A DNA stretch of 64,000 nucleotides from Welwitschia mirabilis (Eukaryota). Location of the stretch: NCBI GenBank assembly GCA_051453625.1, contig JBOZIK010000001.1, positions 26,819,994 through 26,883,993 of the forward strand. The letters are read 5' to 3'. The position numbers and the translations under genes were made by a program. The notes below the pieces were generated by a model. That model worked only from the letters and a program-made list of their open reading frames with translations. It was not told the origin of the DNA and made no database searches. Of this stretch, positions 1 to 14,329 are shown piece by piece (positions within the stretch are counted from its first letter, which is position 1; every line of letters starts with the position of its first letter).

Positions 1-38
1 AGATAGATAGATATAGAGAGAGAGAGAGAGAGAGAGAG
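1..38. repeat. (AGAT)n/(AG)n microsatellite
   Basis: Direct reading of the sequence. Confidence 0.95.
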
Positions 39-3000
39 AAGAAAATAATAAGAATAAGAAAGCATAAATCATTGCACATTGATCTAGTTTTGAAGCCTTA
101 TTGTCTAAAGACTCTAATTAACAAACTAAATTCTTAAATATATTTAGATTAGACATAAAAGAGGTACCTTCAAACATACTCAATCCAATGGATTTAGACC
201 ACAAAAATAATTTATTTGTCAAAGATTTCATTTATGAGAGATTGCTTAATATATCTAGAAATTATGAATATTTATTTGAGGAAGAATGATAGGGGAAAAC
301 TTAGTTGGAGTTGGAATGAAATAATGGTGACCCCCTTAATGGTTTGTATCATGGTCCTAGGTATATATGAGTTTTGTTATCTATGTAGTATCCAAAGGAC
401 ATTTTCTTCCTCTAGGTGCTTTAAGTAGATCAAATTTTAAAGGCATGTGAGTTTACTAAAGGAATTGTTAATTGAATACTTCATTCTGTATATTAAGTGA
501 TGCATTGTGGGCATTTCTTTCTTCACTAGAACCTCATTTATAAGGATAATTACTCATTGTCACTAATGAATTTTAAGTAAACCATTATAGATTTCTTTAC
601 TACATATAAATATATTATTCTTAGGTAATTATTTACTTTTGATTGTTAACTTTGTTAACTTTACAAATGTGTTTTTCTTTATTTCTAACTTGTTCAAAAT
701 GTTTTCCCTAATAGTATAAAATTATAAAATATTTCTTAATAACTTAAAATAAGTTGTTTTAATGAATAAATATGTTATCCTTAATAATGTGTCATTTCAA
801 AGGAGATATAAAAGTTTAGTCTAGTTATAAATCATATTAAAAGGGGTTAAATTCTTGCATCAACAATGTGCCAATATTAATAATTTTTAAGAATTGTATT
901 CAATCATAAAGTATTATTTTCTATCTTTCTAATGGTAACTATTGATAGTATAACATTCTAAACCATTATTAAGAAGTGTGTTTTGACCTAAACTAAGTTT
1001 TATTAATGAACATTAGCATTCCTCAATACTAAAACGTTGTGAAAAATAACTAAAAAGGTAAATAGGTTTATGTTTGAATCAACTCTCATAAATGAATAGT
1101 ATTTGGCACAATGACCAATTGGGATAAGTAAACAATTTACTATGAGGATAATCAAATCAATAATGATGTTTCCATGAAAAGAAAAATTTGGAGAGGGAAA
1201 GTTTTCAGTCTTTTATATATGCCATTATGTAATAATCTCTTAATTGTAAAGTTGATTATTAGGAAACATCAAAATAAAATTGGCTGTTAGTTACCCAAAA
1301 TTTTATCCTTGCTAGGAAGTCATTATTTGTAAGAAAAAACTCATTGCAATCATTTTTATTATTCATATTATTTATCTTATTCTAAATTAACCTATGAAAA
1401 GATTGATAAAATCTTGAAAAGGTTTCCTTAGATAAGGTAATATCTATCATAGATTTCCTAGGTTTATTTGGAACATTTCCAAAAGACTTAAAATCCATGG
1501 TGTTTAGGAATACAAGAAATNNNNNNNNNNNNNNNNNNNNNNNNNNNNNNNNNNNNNNNNNNNNNNNNNNNNNNNNNNNNNNNNNNNNNNNNNNNNNNNN
1601 NNNNNNNNNNNNNNNNNNNNATCCATGATGTTTAGGAATACAAGAAATTTATATGCTGGGGCAAGTTATGGTAGCTAAGTGAATCATATATGTTTTATGT
1701 ATAGAGGAGTTACGAAAGGCTCTTATTTGTTGTTATTTATCATCTGCAAAGTTAATTAAAAGGAGAGAATAACTAACCCTCAGTTTTCACTATATCAAAA
1801 TGTAATGGATTAATACGTTTACAAGCAATTTCGTCTTCATGAAAATCTACTTAATAATTAATATTACATCCTAATGAGGATTATCCTAATACCTTCCTAT
1901 AGTGTTGTACCCAATTAGGCTCTTTAACTCAGTCATTGGTAAAAAAAAAAAGTAGAATGCTAGCTATTTCTTTCTCCAAGAGGAGTATTTATCTTGTTAA
2001 GGTTATTTGGTGTGGAGATTCAATCTCATGAAATTTTTACTATAAAAAAAAGGACAAATTCCATTTTCAATGCTATTAAAAAAAGGAAAAAAATTGTTTA
2101 TTACTTAATTATTTTCTTATTATCATGTCTAGCATCAAACATTATGTCCTGATAAACACGTTGTTATGGAGGTAGCCAGATAATAATTGAAACACCCTAA
2201 TTTAAATTACCTTTATTAGTATTATTTTTTATTTTATATATATTATATAAAAAGATCTGTAGGATCTATGATCAATATCTACTTATAATTTCTCATGAGC
2301 TTATTTCAAATGCATGTGATAAAAAAATATTTATAAGCGAATAATACAATAGTTTATCATGAAATTAATCATAAATGATTGGTTTATAAATAATAGTAAT
2401 GTCATATGTTTTAGGTATTATCATTTTTTCAATTTCATCATAAAAAAATATGTTGTATATGGCTATAAGATGAAAACTTATTATAATACATACATAAGTA
2501 TATGTTGAGGATAAATCCTAACTAATATAATAAGAGTTTGGAACTCTTATTAATGGATTTTAAACTTGATATTTAGCTAGCATCTAAGTCTAAGTTAAGT
2601 TTTACTATGGATTCTAGACTATGAAAAACATAACTTGGCTCAGCTTTATTGGCTTGAATATCAACTCAATATATCGCAGATAGGCAACATGCAATATGTG
2701 AGATGGATGCATGCTTGAAAATAACCTTCACTTCCTTGAAGCATTATAGAATGATGCAATATAATTATTTAGTATCAAGGGCTAGGGATATTAAGTCAAA
2801 GTAACTCCATACATGAGTAGGATAGGATAGAGATGATAGAATTTAGTTTTAGAAGAGTTTTATATATAAAAATATAGTGCAGCCTCCTTGATGATGATTG
2901 AAGTTTTTGGTATGGTAAGTATTAACGTTATCTCATTTTACTTGTTATCCAATGAATATATCATAGGTAAATGCTTAATACAAGTTTATCTCATATAGCT

Positions 3001-3548
3001 ATGCAATTGATTATTTACCTAAGAAAATAGTTCTTAAATTTGTTTGATTTATTTTATTCAAATAATGGATCATACATAAAAATAAAAAGAAACATGTAGC
3101 TTTATTTAATGTACTACAACACATTTGCATTTTACTAATCAATAAAGCAAGGAAATAAAACAAACCTTCTTTCCTTTTATATTTCCAATAATGTACTTTT
3201 AAAATTGACTTGAGATAGTACTTTGAAGTTCTATTTAAACATGATATGTTATGCATGAAATAATGCTAATCTTACAAACTCTTTTTCCATGACCAAGTGG
3301 CAGATTCAAACATTACTTATGATGACAATATGATTAACTAAGAAAAGTGTAAAATGAAGAGAAGGCATATGCAAAATTAAATGAGGATAGTAAAATATAA
3401 TGCTTAATTAACATGATATAATTATAAAATATCTAATGGGGACCAAAATAAATAAAATGCTAAGTTAAAGTATTAATAGATTCTAAAGTATTTTCATTAA
3501 AATATAAGTAAATAATAAAAACTACAATAACTAGGTAGCTTATATAAG

Positions 3549-4321
3549 TGTTGCGACGCCAACTTAAGTATATTTGATAGGATATTTTGAGTTGTTTTGC
3601 AAATAAACTAATAGATAAATGCTCAATTTCTATGACAATTGAGAATCTAGGAGCACAAGACGAAAACATGCAATTTATCAGATAATTCACGAAGATTTCC
3701 TATAGATATAGATAAATTGTATTTTCAGATGATTATTCCAGTAAACAACCAGATATCTGACTGATAAAGAATGAGTAGAAGACTATCGTCCCCTTTGTCA
3801 TCCAGACGACTTAAACAGATCACAGACTTAATTTCAGATGACTTGCAGATGAAGTAAAGTTTTTATCATCAAAGTCCATCGTCCATGTCATCGTCCAGAC
3901 GACACTAGTGGACGACATCTTCAGAATCAGTCGACATCAGTTTGCATGTAGATTACAGATAGATAAAGTGGAAGCAAACTAAGTTATCTCATTGTAAAAT
4001 CTTGTCGTCTCCTACATTGTCTAGATGACAACCTAGAGGACACTTCTCTTTGATACTTTTACATATTGTATTCCCGAGTTGTCGCCTGTTATTTGCGACT
4101 TTCCTTTTCTTCATAGTTAGAGTTTATGTTATACTTTTCTATTAGTCTCTTTTCCCTTTTTGCCTATAAATAAAGGTCTCCCCCTCAATCACTAATCATC
4201 TTCAACAGTACCTGACTTTCTTGTGACAGGAGATCTTGGGACCCGAGAACCATCTTGTAATCTAGAGAGATGTTACCTTGGTGTTGGACGGCATATCCTC
4301 CATTGAGGAATGGCTACTTTG
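3549..4321 (+). mobile_element. Partial LTR of the Athila family at 40806-53019 (right end lost in N gap)
   Basis: Starts TGTTGCGACGCCAACTT; collinear with LTRs at 40806 and 51920 (tatttgatagg, ctataaataaaggtctcccc, cagtacctgac, cttggtgttggac..ctccattgagga). Confidence 0.9.
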
Positions 4322-6414
4322 NNNNNNNNNNNNNNNNNNNNNNNNNNNNNNNNNNNNNNNNNNNNNNNNNNNNNNNNNNNNNNNNNNNNNNNNNNNNNNN
4401 NNNNNNNNNNNNNNNNNNNNNATTTATCAAAACTAAAATGTAAGTTAAAGGCACAATTTCATTATATAACTATATAATTAGAGTTGTCCATTTAAAAAGG
4501 TAAAAAAAAAAAAAAAAGAAGGAAAAAACAATCCCATCTAACATCTAAGAAGGAAACCTTAATAAAAAAGGGCTAATTATGTGGTAGTCGAACTAATGGG
4601 ACGCTCATATTTCATGTAATAGGTAATGGATTTAAACCTTTAAATATCCTTTTTTTTTCATACTATGAGGTTTTAAGAATAATTAAATAATTTCTTAAGG
4701 AGTTTTTTGATAGCTGTACTCTCAAGGGAAGTATGGTTACTAAAAATGATGTAAAATGAAATTATTAGATTAAAATAATACAAAATAAAATTATCTTAAT
4801 TGCCATCCACCTTAGATTATTAAATCATTAGAGTGCATTTATTAGATAACTTTTTCTATCTTTAATAATACCAATCCTTAGGATTCTAAGGAGATTTAAT
4901 AATTAAAAGTTTATAATTAATTATTTATAGAATTGAAAATAAATTATGTTTGAATTTTTTTAAACCAGACATATAATAGGACCCATAAAAATTAATTTTA
5001 TAAAGTTAATATTCCTATAAATATATATTTTAAGATGACACCTTAAGTGTAAAAGTGGTTAAATATTTAAAGTTAATATAAAAGGAGGTTATATGTAAAA
5101 GGTTATAAATCTTAAATTAGTTGAAATTTTTAAGTCATTAAGGACTATTTTAAAATATTATGAAATTAATATGGACTACATAGTTGATAATATGTTTTAA
5201 TGGTAAATTTATTACTTAGTACTTTTGTTTTTGATTTCTATGTTATTTCATAAAATATTTTTAAAAATTATTTAAAATAAAGCTTTTTGTTACTAAAGAT
5301 ATAAGATCTAAGTCCCAAATTCACTTGAAAAATTAAATAAGCCTTATTTAATATTTAATAATTTATAACATGTTTTAATCCTTTTCTTGGGAATTTTTAC
5401 TATGTAAAGAATAAATAATTCATAAATAGATTTTAACAAAAATTCATGTAAATAAAATATAGAATTATATAAAAATTTAAAAAATAAAAGAATAAAATTA
5501 GTATAGAAATATGGTGTACAAAAATAAAATGAAAGAAAACTTTTCATATAATCCTTAAGATTCCATATGAAGGATTTTTCAGCATTAATAAGGATTAGAT
5601 AACGTCATTTTATAGAGAGGGATATGACGCATATTAGTAATTATAAAATGCATATAATATCTGAAAATATAATATAAAACATGAATACTAAGTAATAAAG
5701 TAAACCCCTTAGTCACTATCCAATTAGCTTTATTGGTAAATTTCATCAAGTAAGCTTGTAAAGGTATCCCTCACATCTTTGCCTTATCTTATCCTAAGCC
5801 TAACAAAAACATAATATAATAAAAAATACCATATCCTAATAAAATGTAAATGCAATAGTCCATTATTGTATCTAGTTTTCTTAATGAAAAATATATAATA
5901 TATGAACAATACAATTAAATCACCCATTTGGAATATTAAAAGCTAATGAATATTATTTGATGGAAACTTAATGAAGATTGAATAAAGGCCTAAGCTCAAA
6001 GTTCCTTTGTTGAAACTATAAGATCCAAGATTTAGATTCCACATTCAAAATCATAAATATAAGATAATAAAAAGAAGATAAATAAAAGGAATTTTGGTAG
6101 CATATTCTTGCATGAGACGAGTGAAGTTACAAGAGAGAGAAAGGATGTATCTATAAATAAATGAAAGACCCAAGGTTCTTAAACTAATTAGTCAAATATC
6201 ATGCACATAATTTTACAGTTTGAATGACATATGATAATAATGTATTGAATTATAAATTGATATATATAGCACATATATCTACTTAAGTAAAGTAATCTTA
6301 TTTCTTAATTAGTAATATTAGTTATATACATCATTTCTTTATTCTAGTTTTTTCTTAATCCTTAATATGTACATAATCACATTTATTCAATTTGAAACAT
6401 AGTTTGAACAATGA

Positions 6415-6470
6415 GTAAGATGCATTAAAAGAATAAATATTTGTAAGATGCATTAAAAGAATAAATATTT
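6415..6470. repeat. Perfect 28-bp tandem duplication
   Basis: gtaagatgcattaaaagaataaatattt x2. Confidence 0.9.
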
Positions 6471-8314
6471 ACTTATGCACAAAATTAAAAACAATCATTC
6501 AACATAATGAAACACATTCTTTCAAATCTAATTTATAAGAAAATTAATAATTTATAAATCAAATACTTTTATAAATATCAAGAAGGATAAAATTCATCGT
6601 GGAGCAAAATATACTTTTTTATCCTAGTTGATTTATAAAAAGTATACATTTACTGATTTACATGCTTATCAATGCCAAAACCTATTAGATCCATTAATAC
6701 AAAATATAAGAGAAAAATAAAAACCAAAGTTGAGTGTGTTCACTCAATCATTATACACTTCTTTTTCCAACTATGCTTACATTTTCCTTTTACTGAGCTC
6801 TTTTTACTTTTTATTCTTATATAAGAGACAAATAAAAATAAATAAAACAAAAATGTTTTATGCCTTCAATACAAATTTTCTATATTATTTTTTGTTTACT
6901 TTAAAATTTCAATTCAATAATTTCATTATGTAAATTGGATACCTTTACATTACATTATGGAGGAATTTGACTCTAACATATCTTTCATCTATTAATTAGT
7001 TTTCTCATGAATTATGATATAAATATTTTCATTAAAAAATTGTTATTATTACTTTCAGTAGTTATAACTAATTAAAAATACATCAAAAATAGGTAAAATT
7101 ACTAAAAATTAAGGTTATTTATACAAAAGGTTACATAAATATTTACAAGAAAAAATAGACATAGCATGTAAGTTTAACATTATTTTAACTAAAGGTACAA
7201 TTTTGAAAGGACTGATATATCAGGTTAATTAAAAATGGTGAAGTTAGAGGGCTATACACTCATATTTAAAGAACGAGTCTTTGTTCTTATAACATAACAG
7301 AAGTGACATAAAACTATCAATTACAAAATTATGATGGAATATACACCCATATTTAAAGATCAGGACTAGGGTCTTTTCATTAATAGCTAACCTTATCTTA
7401 TAACATGTGGTTGAGCATTTACATTTATTAAAATCAAACTTATTGAAATATAAGCTTACTAACTAAGGTTAAAGGTTATAGAACATCAATCCCTCCTTGA
7501 GTCTGAAAGCATATGATTAAGATAGATAGATAACTTAACTAATACACTAACAAAAACTACTAAAAATAAAATATTTTTCTAGGAAAATCAGATTATCTAA
7601 AGGAAAATATTAATCTTGGATTAGTAAATGGTTTAGGTGGTCTTGCATGTCAAAAATAAATCTTTTAATAAAATATCTATTATTGAATTAATAGGTTTTC
7701 ATGCTACACAATTCTAGATAACATGTGATTTTTTGAAATTTTAATCTTCTAAATGGATTTATCAAAATGTCTATAATTCAATTTATTCATGTAACATACT
7801 AAGCATCAATCACACCATTCTAAACTAGTTCTCATATCATGTAGATCTTAATTGCAATGTTCTTTATCTTATCATGAACCACTTAATGGTTTTTCGTATG
7901 AATAGTCGACTATCATCTACATACAACTTTATTGATCCTTTTTATATAAGGTTTAAAATTTTTAGTAGCTTTCATATCCAAAACATTTCATTGCTCTTTT
8001 TATATGCTATCACATATGATAATTTAGCTATTAAATTTTTTATAGTTTTAATCCTTTAGATCTCCATGAAATGGATGAAGATCCAAAAAATGTTACGTAT
8101 TTAGTTGTAGACTCCCTTGTATCCTAACAAACGCTCAAGTCTAAATCTGAAAATGCTCTAAGATTGAAATTTTCATCCTACTAAAATAGTAGTCAAATAT
8201 TCCTTGTTCATTTTACCTTAAAAACCTTAACAAAGTATTCTTCATTCATTTTAGATACCTTAAATTTATGATAGTTTCATACCAATAGTTCTACTTCAAT
8301 TTATCCTTATATAT

Positions 8315-9421
8315 ATATTTTTTTTTGAATGAAATTGTAAAAATTTCATTACTATATGTCCAAAGTGAATCAAACAGCATATTAAATGTGTCCAACAAAA
8401 TCTACATCAGAACATTGCACATCATCAGGGAGTATAATTGCTACTTATTATCAATGGCTACAGCAGGTAATTTCCAGTTGTAAGACAAGTGTAGAGCTGT
8501 TTTGTCTAGCTGTGTAAAGAATTTAATCATCTGGAGAAGAGCAGCAGTAAAACACAGCCTACACACTGCATTCAGCAGGATTTGTAACTGCAAAAAAGTC
8601 CAGGTAAAAACAGAAAAAACCAAGAACTATGTTTGCATATTTCAATAATGAAACACCATAGCATATATGACCAATGAAAATCTGATAGCAATGAGACTGT
8701 AGTAGGTAATTATTCCAACTGAATAAGCTAGCTGGCAAGAGCTTTGANNNNNNNNNNNNNNNNNNNNNNNNNNNNNNNNNNNNNNNNNNNNNNNNNNNNN
8801 NNNNNNNNNNNNNNNNNNNNNNNNNNNNNNNNNNNNNNNNNNNNNNNGTAAGTTTATTGGTTTCAATCTCCATGTCTGGTGTCCATGGCTGAAGAATCAG
8901 AGGTCGATTATCAAATGGCCATGGACCAGATTCCATTATCTCGTACATCCTAGCGCGTTCTTTGAATTTAAAAAGAAAAACACCATTCTCAATTAAATGA
9001 GCACTTACCACATCTTCTGAGCCCCATCGATTGCAAATATAGCTTTGAATCCGTGACAGATGAGGTTTCAATCCATAAACAAATCCAACAAGATAGTTTT
9101 CCCAGTCTTTCAAGCCATCCTCCCATTCCGAATCTTCAAGAATGATTTCTGTATCCGAGAATTGTTGAGGAACAAAGTTGAGAGTCAGTCCAGCATCACG
9201 CCTGTGATTTTTTGCAACGATTTGAGCTCAAGATGGGGTAGAATCCACAGCAGATTTTTCCTTCATTGAAGCTACATTCGCTCCTGATGGATTGTTCGCA
9301 GCCATGAAACCCTAGGTGAAAACCCTAGGAAAAAATCAAGTCACATACGAAAGGCAGGAGTAGCAGTGTGCTAACGAGCGCCTCCAAGTTTCTCGCCTTC
9401 TTTGTTTCTGATAATGATACC
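8315..9421 (-). mobile_element. L1-type LINE with 5' end, poly(A) tail and 13-bp TSD; middle hidden in a gap
   Basis: T-run at ~8318-8326; tatccttatatat at 8302-8314 and 9422-9434; ORF1 N-terminus at the right end; higher GC and CpG retention than flanks. Confidence 0.9.
8848..9305 (-). pseudogene. LINE ORF1 N-terminal region (DUF4283/RRM-like) with one premature stop
   Basis: ATG at 9305: MAANNPSG...PS*AQIV...WENYLVGFVYG...RW...NGVFLFKF...GPWPFDNRPLILQPW; TGA at 9228-9230 replaces the Trp of the usual SWA motif. Confidence 0.88.
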
Positions 9422-12400
9422 TATCCTTATATATTACTAACATTCTAGTTGTATATGAAATGTGGCATATCATCTTATTTAAATCTACTAATTATTCATT
9501 AATAGTTATCTTTAGATTCTATTCCATTTGTAGTTATTATTTTTGCATTCTTCATGGTAAATTTTTTAAACACACCACCAAAGTACTATGATAAATACAA
9601 TTTTTTTATTGTTTTTTAGATTCACTTCCACTAATGTAATACTTTATCAATCCAAAATTGTTATTTTAAATATATTTATAAGTTTATTATTCACCTTCTT
9701 AATGAATTTTCATTTCTTATAATGATTGAAATGCTGTTCATAAATATAATGAGATACATTCTCTTATGTTTTATGTGTTTAATAAATAATGTAGCATTAG
9801 TATCTTAGTATTGATACATATAAAATCAATTTTTAATAAGGTATCCTTTAACTTAGTATTACATATATTTCATGATTACTTTAGATTATGAAGTGACTTC
9901 CTTAGTCTACATAACTTTTTCTCTTATTCCTTCACCTTGAAACCTTTAGGCTAAGCTATTTAAGTCTCCTCCTTAAGATCTTCATAGAGGAATGTTATCT
10001 TTACATTAGTGAATGAATTTTATAGCCTTTCTATGCTACTAGTATAATTAGGATTTTAATAGTTTTTAATTTGCTTTTGGTGTAAGAACTTCTATCTAGC
10101 TGACTTAATGTTTTTGTGTAAATCCTTTTACAACTAGTACATCATTATGATCATTAAGTATTCTTTTAGCCTGATACTTATTCCAAAATGTTTACTTATT
10201 TTCTTATCACTCTCCTTCTTAGATATAACTCCATTAATTCTCGAGTTCCATTTTGACTGAAAGAATAATATTCCATCCTCATCTTATGTATTTAATGTGA
10301 ATACTTCTCTACCATTTTAAATGTTGCTAATTCACTATATGAGTAATATAAAGATTTACATGATCTATTTTAGTATCAGTATCTTTGTCTTACCTTAGTT
10401 GATTAATTGAACTCCCTTGTTGAGTCCCTTTTTTTAGGTTTATTTAGTTTTAAATACCTTACAAGATGATGCACTTCATAATGTAGTAAACCTGTAAGAG
10501 TAAGCTTAGAAATCCTAACATTTTTATCATCCACTTCAAAAACATTTTCATTAATATCCTACACTCATCATTGGAGCTTAAAATTTCTTGTGCTTTCATT
10601 ATTTTCTTTGGCTATTAAGAATCTTATTACCATGTTGGTTCATGTTTAGGTAACTAATAAAGACAATTATGCATAGATTCCTAGATTTAAGCTTGAGGCA
10701 TTACATCTAAAGGGTCATTTCCTCATCCTTTAAGACTATAATATATGAGTACACATCACCTAGTATCTCATCATAATACTTCATGTAATGGAACTTCACT
10801 GCTTCATCCAATATAATAAATGTTGTGATCCCAAATTATCATGTTTTAATAGTGTAATTGGTGATGTTTTGCAGGGAACAGGAACTCAATTCANNNNNNN
10901 NNNNNNNNNNNNNNNNNNNNNNNNNNNNNNNNNNNNNNNNNNNNNNNNNNNNNNNNNNNNNNNNNNNNNNNNNNNNNNNNNNNNNNNNNNNNNTATCATT
11001 CATGTACTTGATTAGATTATTGTCTTACGCTCTCTAGATTATGACATTCATTGGTTAATTCACCCTATACTAAGCCTAATTGTAATTTCCTATTTATAGC
11101 ATTGAATACTTTTGAAGTGAAAATTTAGACCACCAACAATAAACCATCCTTTATATTTTACAAATACTAGATTATTTGGTCAGGGAAAGGGTGGGAGAAT
11201 ATATTTTGTGATATAAAAAATAGATTTTTTACCTTTTTATATTCCCTCCATACTTAATAAAAATGCCTAATTAGGCATGTGATTAAAGCTTATTATGGTT
11301 CTATGAAAAGATAAAGGCATAAAATGCATTCCAGACACTTTGAAATGGGACCACTTTTATTGTATTTACTTAACAAATCATTAGGTGATGATCTACCCTT
11401 TATTTGAAGACTGATTTAAATTTGGATGGTATCTAATGCCTCATCTCATAAGTAGATTATTCTATATGACTATTACTCAAATTATATCAAGAAGTATGCA
11501 AATCATTCACTTTTCAACATCATTTTACTGTTGTGTATCTAGAACTATTATTTTGTAACCAATTTCTTTCTTCTTTAAAAACTATTTAAACTTGGTTAAA
11601 ATATATTCCCCTTCATTACTATTATGAAAATTTTTATAATTAGCATTCTTATCAATTTAGTTATTCTAATATTAAAAGAAATTAAAGACTTGTGGCTTGT
11701 AGTAAAAATAAACTATCAAAACTTATTTAAAAATTTATTAATAAAAGTAAGGAAATGATAACTCTCTCTTAGTATTTAAGTGGAATTAAGATAAACACAT
11801 TAGAGTGAACTAAATATTTTCTCATTCCATGATTATTTCTCTTTTTAGATGGCTATAATAGTGGCTATTTTGAAATGCGTATCTCACACTCAGATTCTTT
11901 GCTTTTAGATCTTTTGAAGCTCCTCTAATGCTAACTATCCTTGCTAATAGAACATGGCCAAGTTTAGTATGCCATATTTTTTGTTTTAAATGATTTTAAA
12001 TATTATATATCTCTATCATAGTGTATGATCTTCCGTTCTTGAAGAAATTGCTCTTTATTTTTGACATTTTAATGTCCCACCATCTCAGTACATCATCTTT
12101 CCTTTTACAAAATCCATGAAAAAGCTCTTTCCACCTTTTTACATATTTACCCTGATCATATTTTGCTATCATGATGGTATGAAATCCTTTTCAAACTAAT
12201 TTACTCAATAAAAATAATTTTTTTCAATGTAGGAATGTTTATTACATCTATTATATGTACTTTAAGAAATTAATTTGAAGATTTCACTAATACTGATTAA
12301 ATGTCCAACATTATTTATGAATTAGTATCTATTATTTTGATTGTTTTTATAATCATTTTTTTCAACCTATAGAACAAGTTCTTTATTGGAGTTATATGTC

Positions 12401-14039
12401 GAGTTACTTTACTATCAATTATCCCATGGTCTGTCTTAGTAATCATAACTAAGTTTACATAATCTATTACATTTACACAATCTTCAATTAGATTGTCTTG
12501 GTTTCATGATTTAGAAGTCATATTTAAGCTCAATTATTCTTCACATTCCTTCTCCTTATATCTTAATTAAAAAAATGGATGTAGCTTTCTTATCAATATC
12601 AAAATATTTTGATGCCTACTTCCTATCCTCTACCTAATTTATCTAATATTTTCTTAAAAAATGGTTATATGAGACTTTACAATCAAATCCATAATAATCA
12701 TTTACATATTTTGCACTTTTATTAACATGCATATTTAATTTTTGATCCACCTTCTTGATACTTCTTATTTTTATCATCACATGTATCATAGTCCTTTGTA
12801 TTATCATGTTTCCTCTCATGGTCTTTTTATTATTTGGTTTGCAACATTACTTGATACTACTTAAACCATAGTTAGCTTTACCACTTGTAGTATCAGTTTC
12901 AACATCATTCCCTTTATGTAAATTATAGCACCTATCAAGATCTACTAGAATTTCACTGAGCATTGCAATGTTCATGGTTTTTAACTTTTCATTAGTAATG
13001 CATTTCTATTTGTAGTCCTTGTTGAAAGTACTCTTGATTCCTCATATTCCATTAATTACTTCTAATGCCTTTCCTCTTACATGTAAAACTATTCATATTA
13101 TTCAATAAATAGATAAATATATTTATGATGTATTAGTAAATGATATCTTGAACACTTTCATAATTTCATATATGGTTATACATTTTTGTACAATTTGATG
13201 ATGATGTTATTCATGATAAAAAGAAATTAAAAAGATAATACTTTAGTAAGACATATCACTTCGTAATTGCCTTATCATCAATGATGATAATGAATTTATT
13301 GTTTTCTTTTAGATGACCCTTATACATATATTTAGATTTAGCTATTAAATTAAACTTGATATATTACTTGTTCTAGTTAGACTTACCTTCTAAGATAAAA
13401 TCTATGTTTTTATTAAAAGTAATTAACATTTTTACTATTCATATAGTGATTATACTAATTTTTAACACCTTGAATCCACTTGATTACAGTCTTTTAAGTT
13501 TTTAATGTTTGTAAGCACTATTCAGAAATCTTTAATTTGGGGTAAGAAAATCATTACAAGATATACATTATTTCAAATTAATTCTTATGGGTTTTTACAT
13601 CTTATACAACTACTAAGAGACATTTATAATATAAATTTCTAAATAAGCATTACAAGGTATAAATTATTTCAAATTCATTCTTATGGTTTTTTACATCTTA
13701 CAATCTACACTATATAAACAATAAATTTTATTCTATTTGATATGATAAAATGCTGGTGAAAATTAAAAAGAAATAAATTAAAAAATTTCAAACATACTAA
13801 TTAATAAATGAACTTCTTGGGAAGTCATCTACCTTTGTGTTACTTAATAAAATCACATTTAACTACAAAATTCTTAACTAGCCTACTACCACTTTTGACT
13901 CAAGAATAATTATATTAAATTAATATCAATTTCTTGAATTCTCTTTTTGTTTCTTAACTAGTATACTACCATTGTTTGACTCAAGAATGCTTCTACTAGA
14001 TTACTATCACTTTCTTAATTGCTATTAATTTTTATCTTC

Positions 14040-14068
14040 CTCTCTCTACCTCTCTCTCTCTCTCTCTC

Positions 14069-14126
<58 letters not shown>
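14040..14126. repeat. (CT)n(CA)n compound microsatellite
   Basis: Direct reading; runs into an N gap. Confidence 0.95.
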
Positions 14127-14329
14127 NNNNNNNNNNNNNNNNNNNNNNNNNNNNNNNNNNNNNNNNNNNNNNNNNNNNNNNNNNNNNNNNNNNNNNNNNN
14201 NNNNNNNNNNNNNNNNNNNNNNNNNNTCACTCACTCTCTCTCTCACTTACATATGCACACACATGTAACTAGCCGCTGCAATTGTCAAATTAAGAATAGC
14301 TCTACTGAACTAATAACACTTTGTTAATG

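Larger units (their letters stand above)
7490..13300 (-). mobile_element. Heavily decayed Ty1/Copia gag-pol remnant, interrupted by the LINE at 8315-9421
   Basis: Minus-strand motifs in Copia order: protease IIDSKVTRHITP (~12390-12425), GAG-pre-integrase WHTKLGHV (~11953-11976), degenerate PQQNGVAE (~11510-11540), RT traces (~10100-10600), RNase H end ELV*NGVIDA*YV (~7790-7835); possible PPT near 7490. Boundaries approximate. Confidence 0.7.

Noticed and set aside
216-8059. Short AT-rich ORFs (60-81 aa) and possible TE motifs such as TIYYEDNQ (~1130) and EINMDYIVD (~5160)
   Set aside because: F/L/I/K-biased chance ORFs; isolated motifs too weak to call, though the region is probably decayed TE.
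8559-8747. C-terminal part of the 184-aa ORF after the gap
   Set aside because: Frame is joined artificially across a gap of unknown size; sequence looks like LINE 3' UTR.
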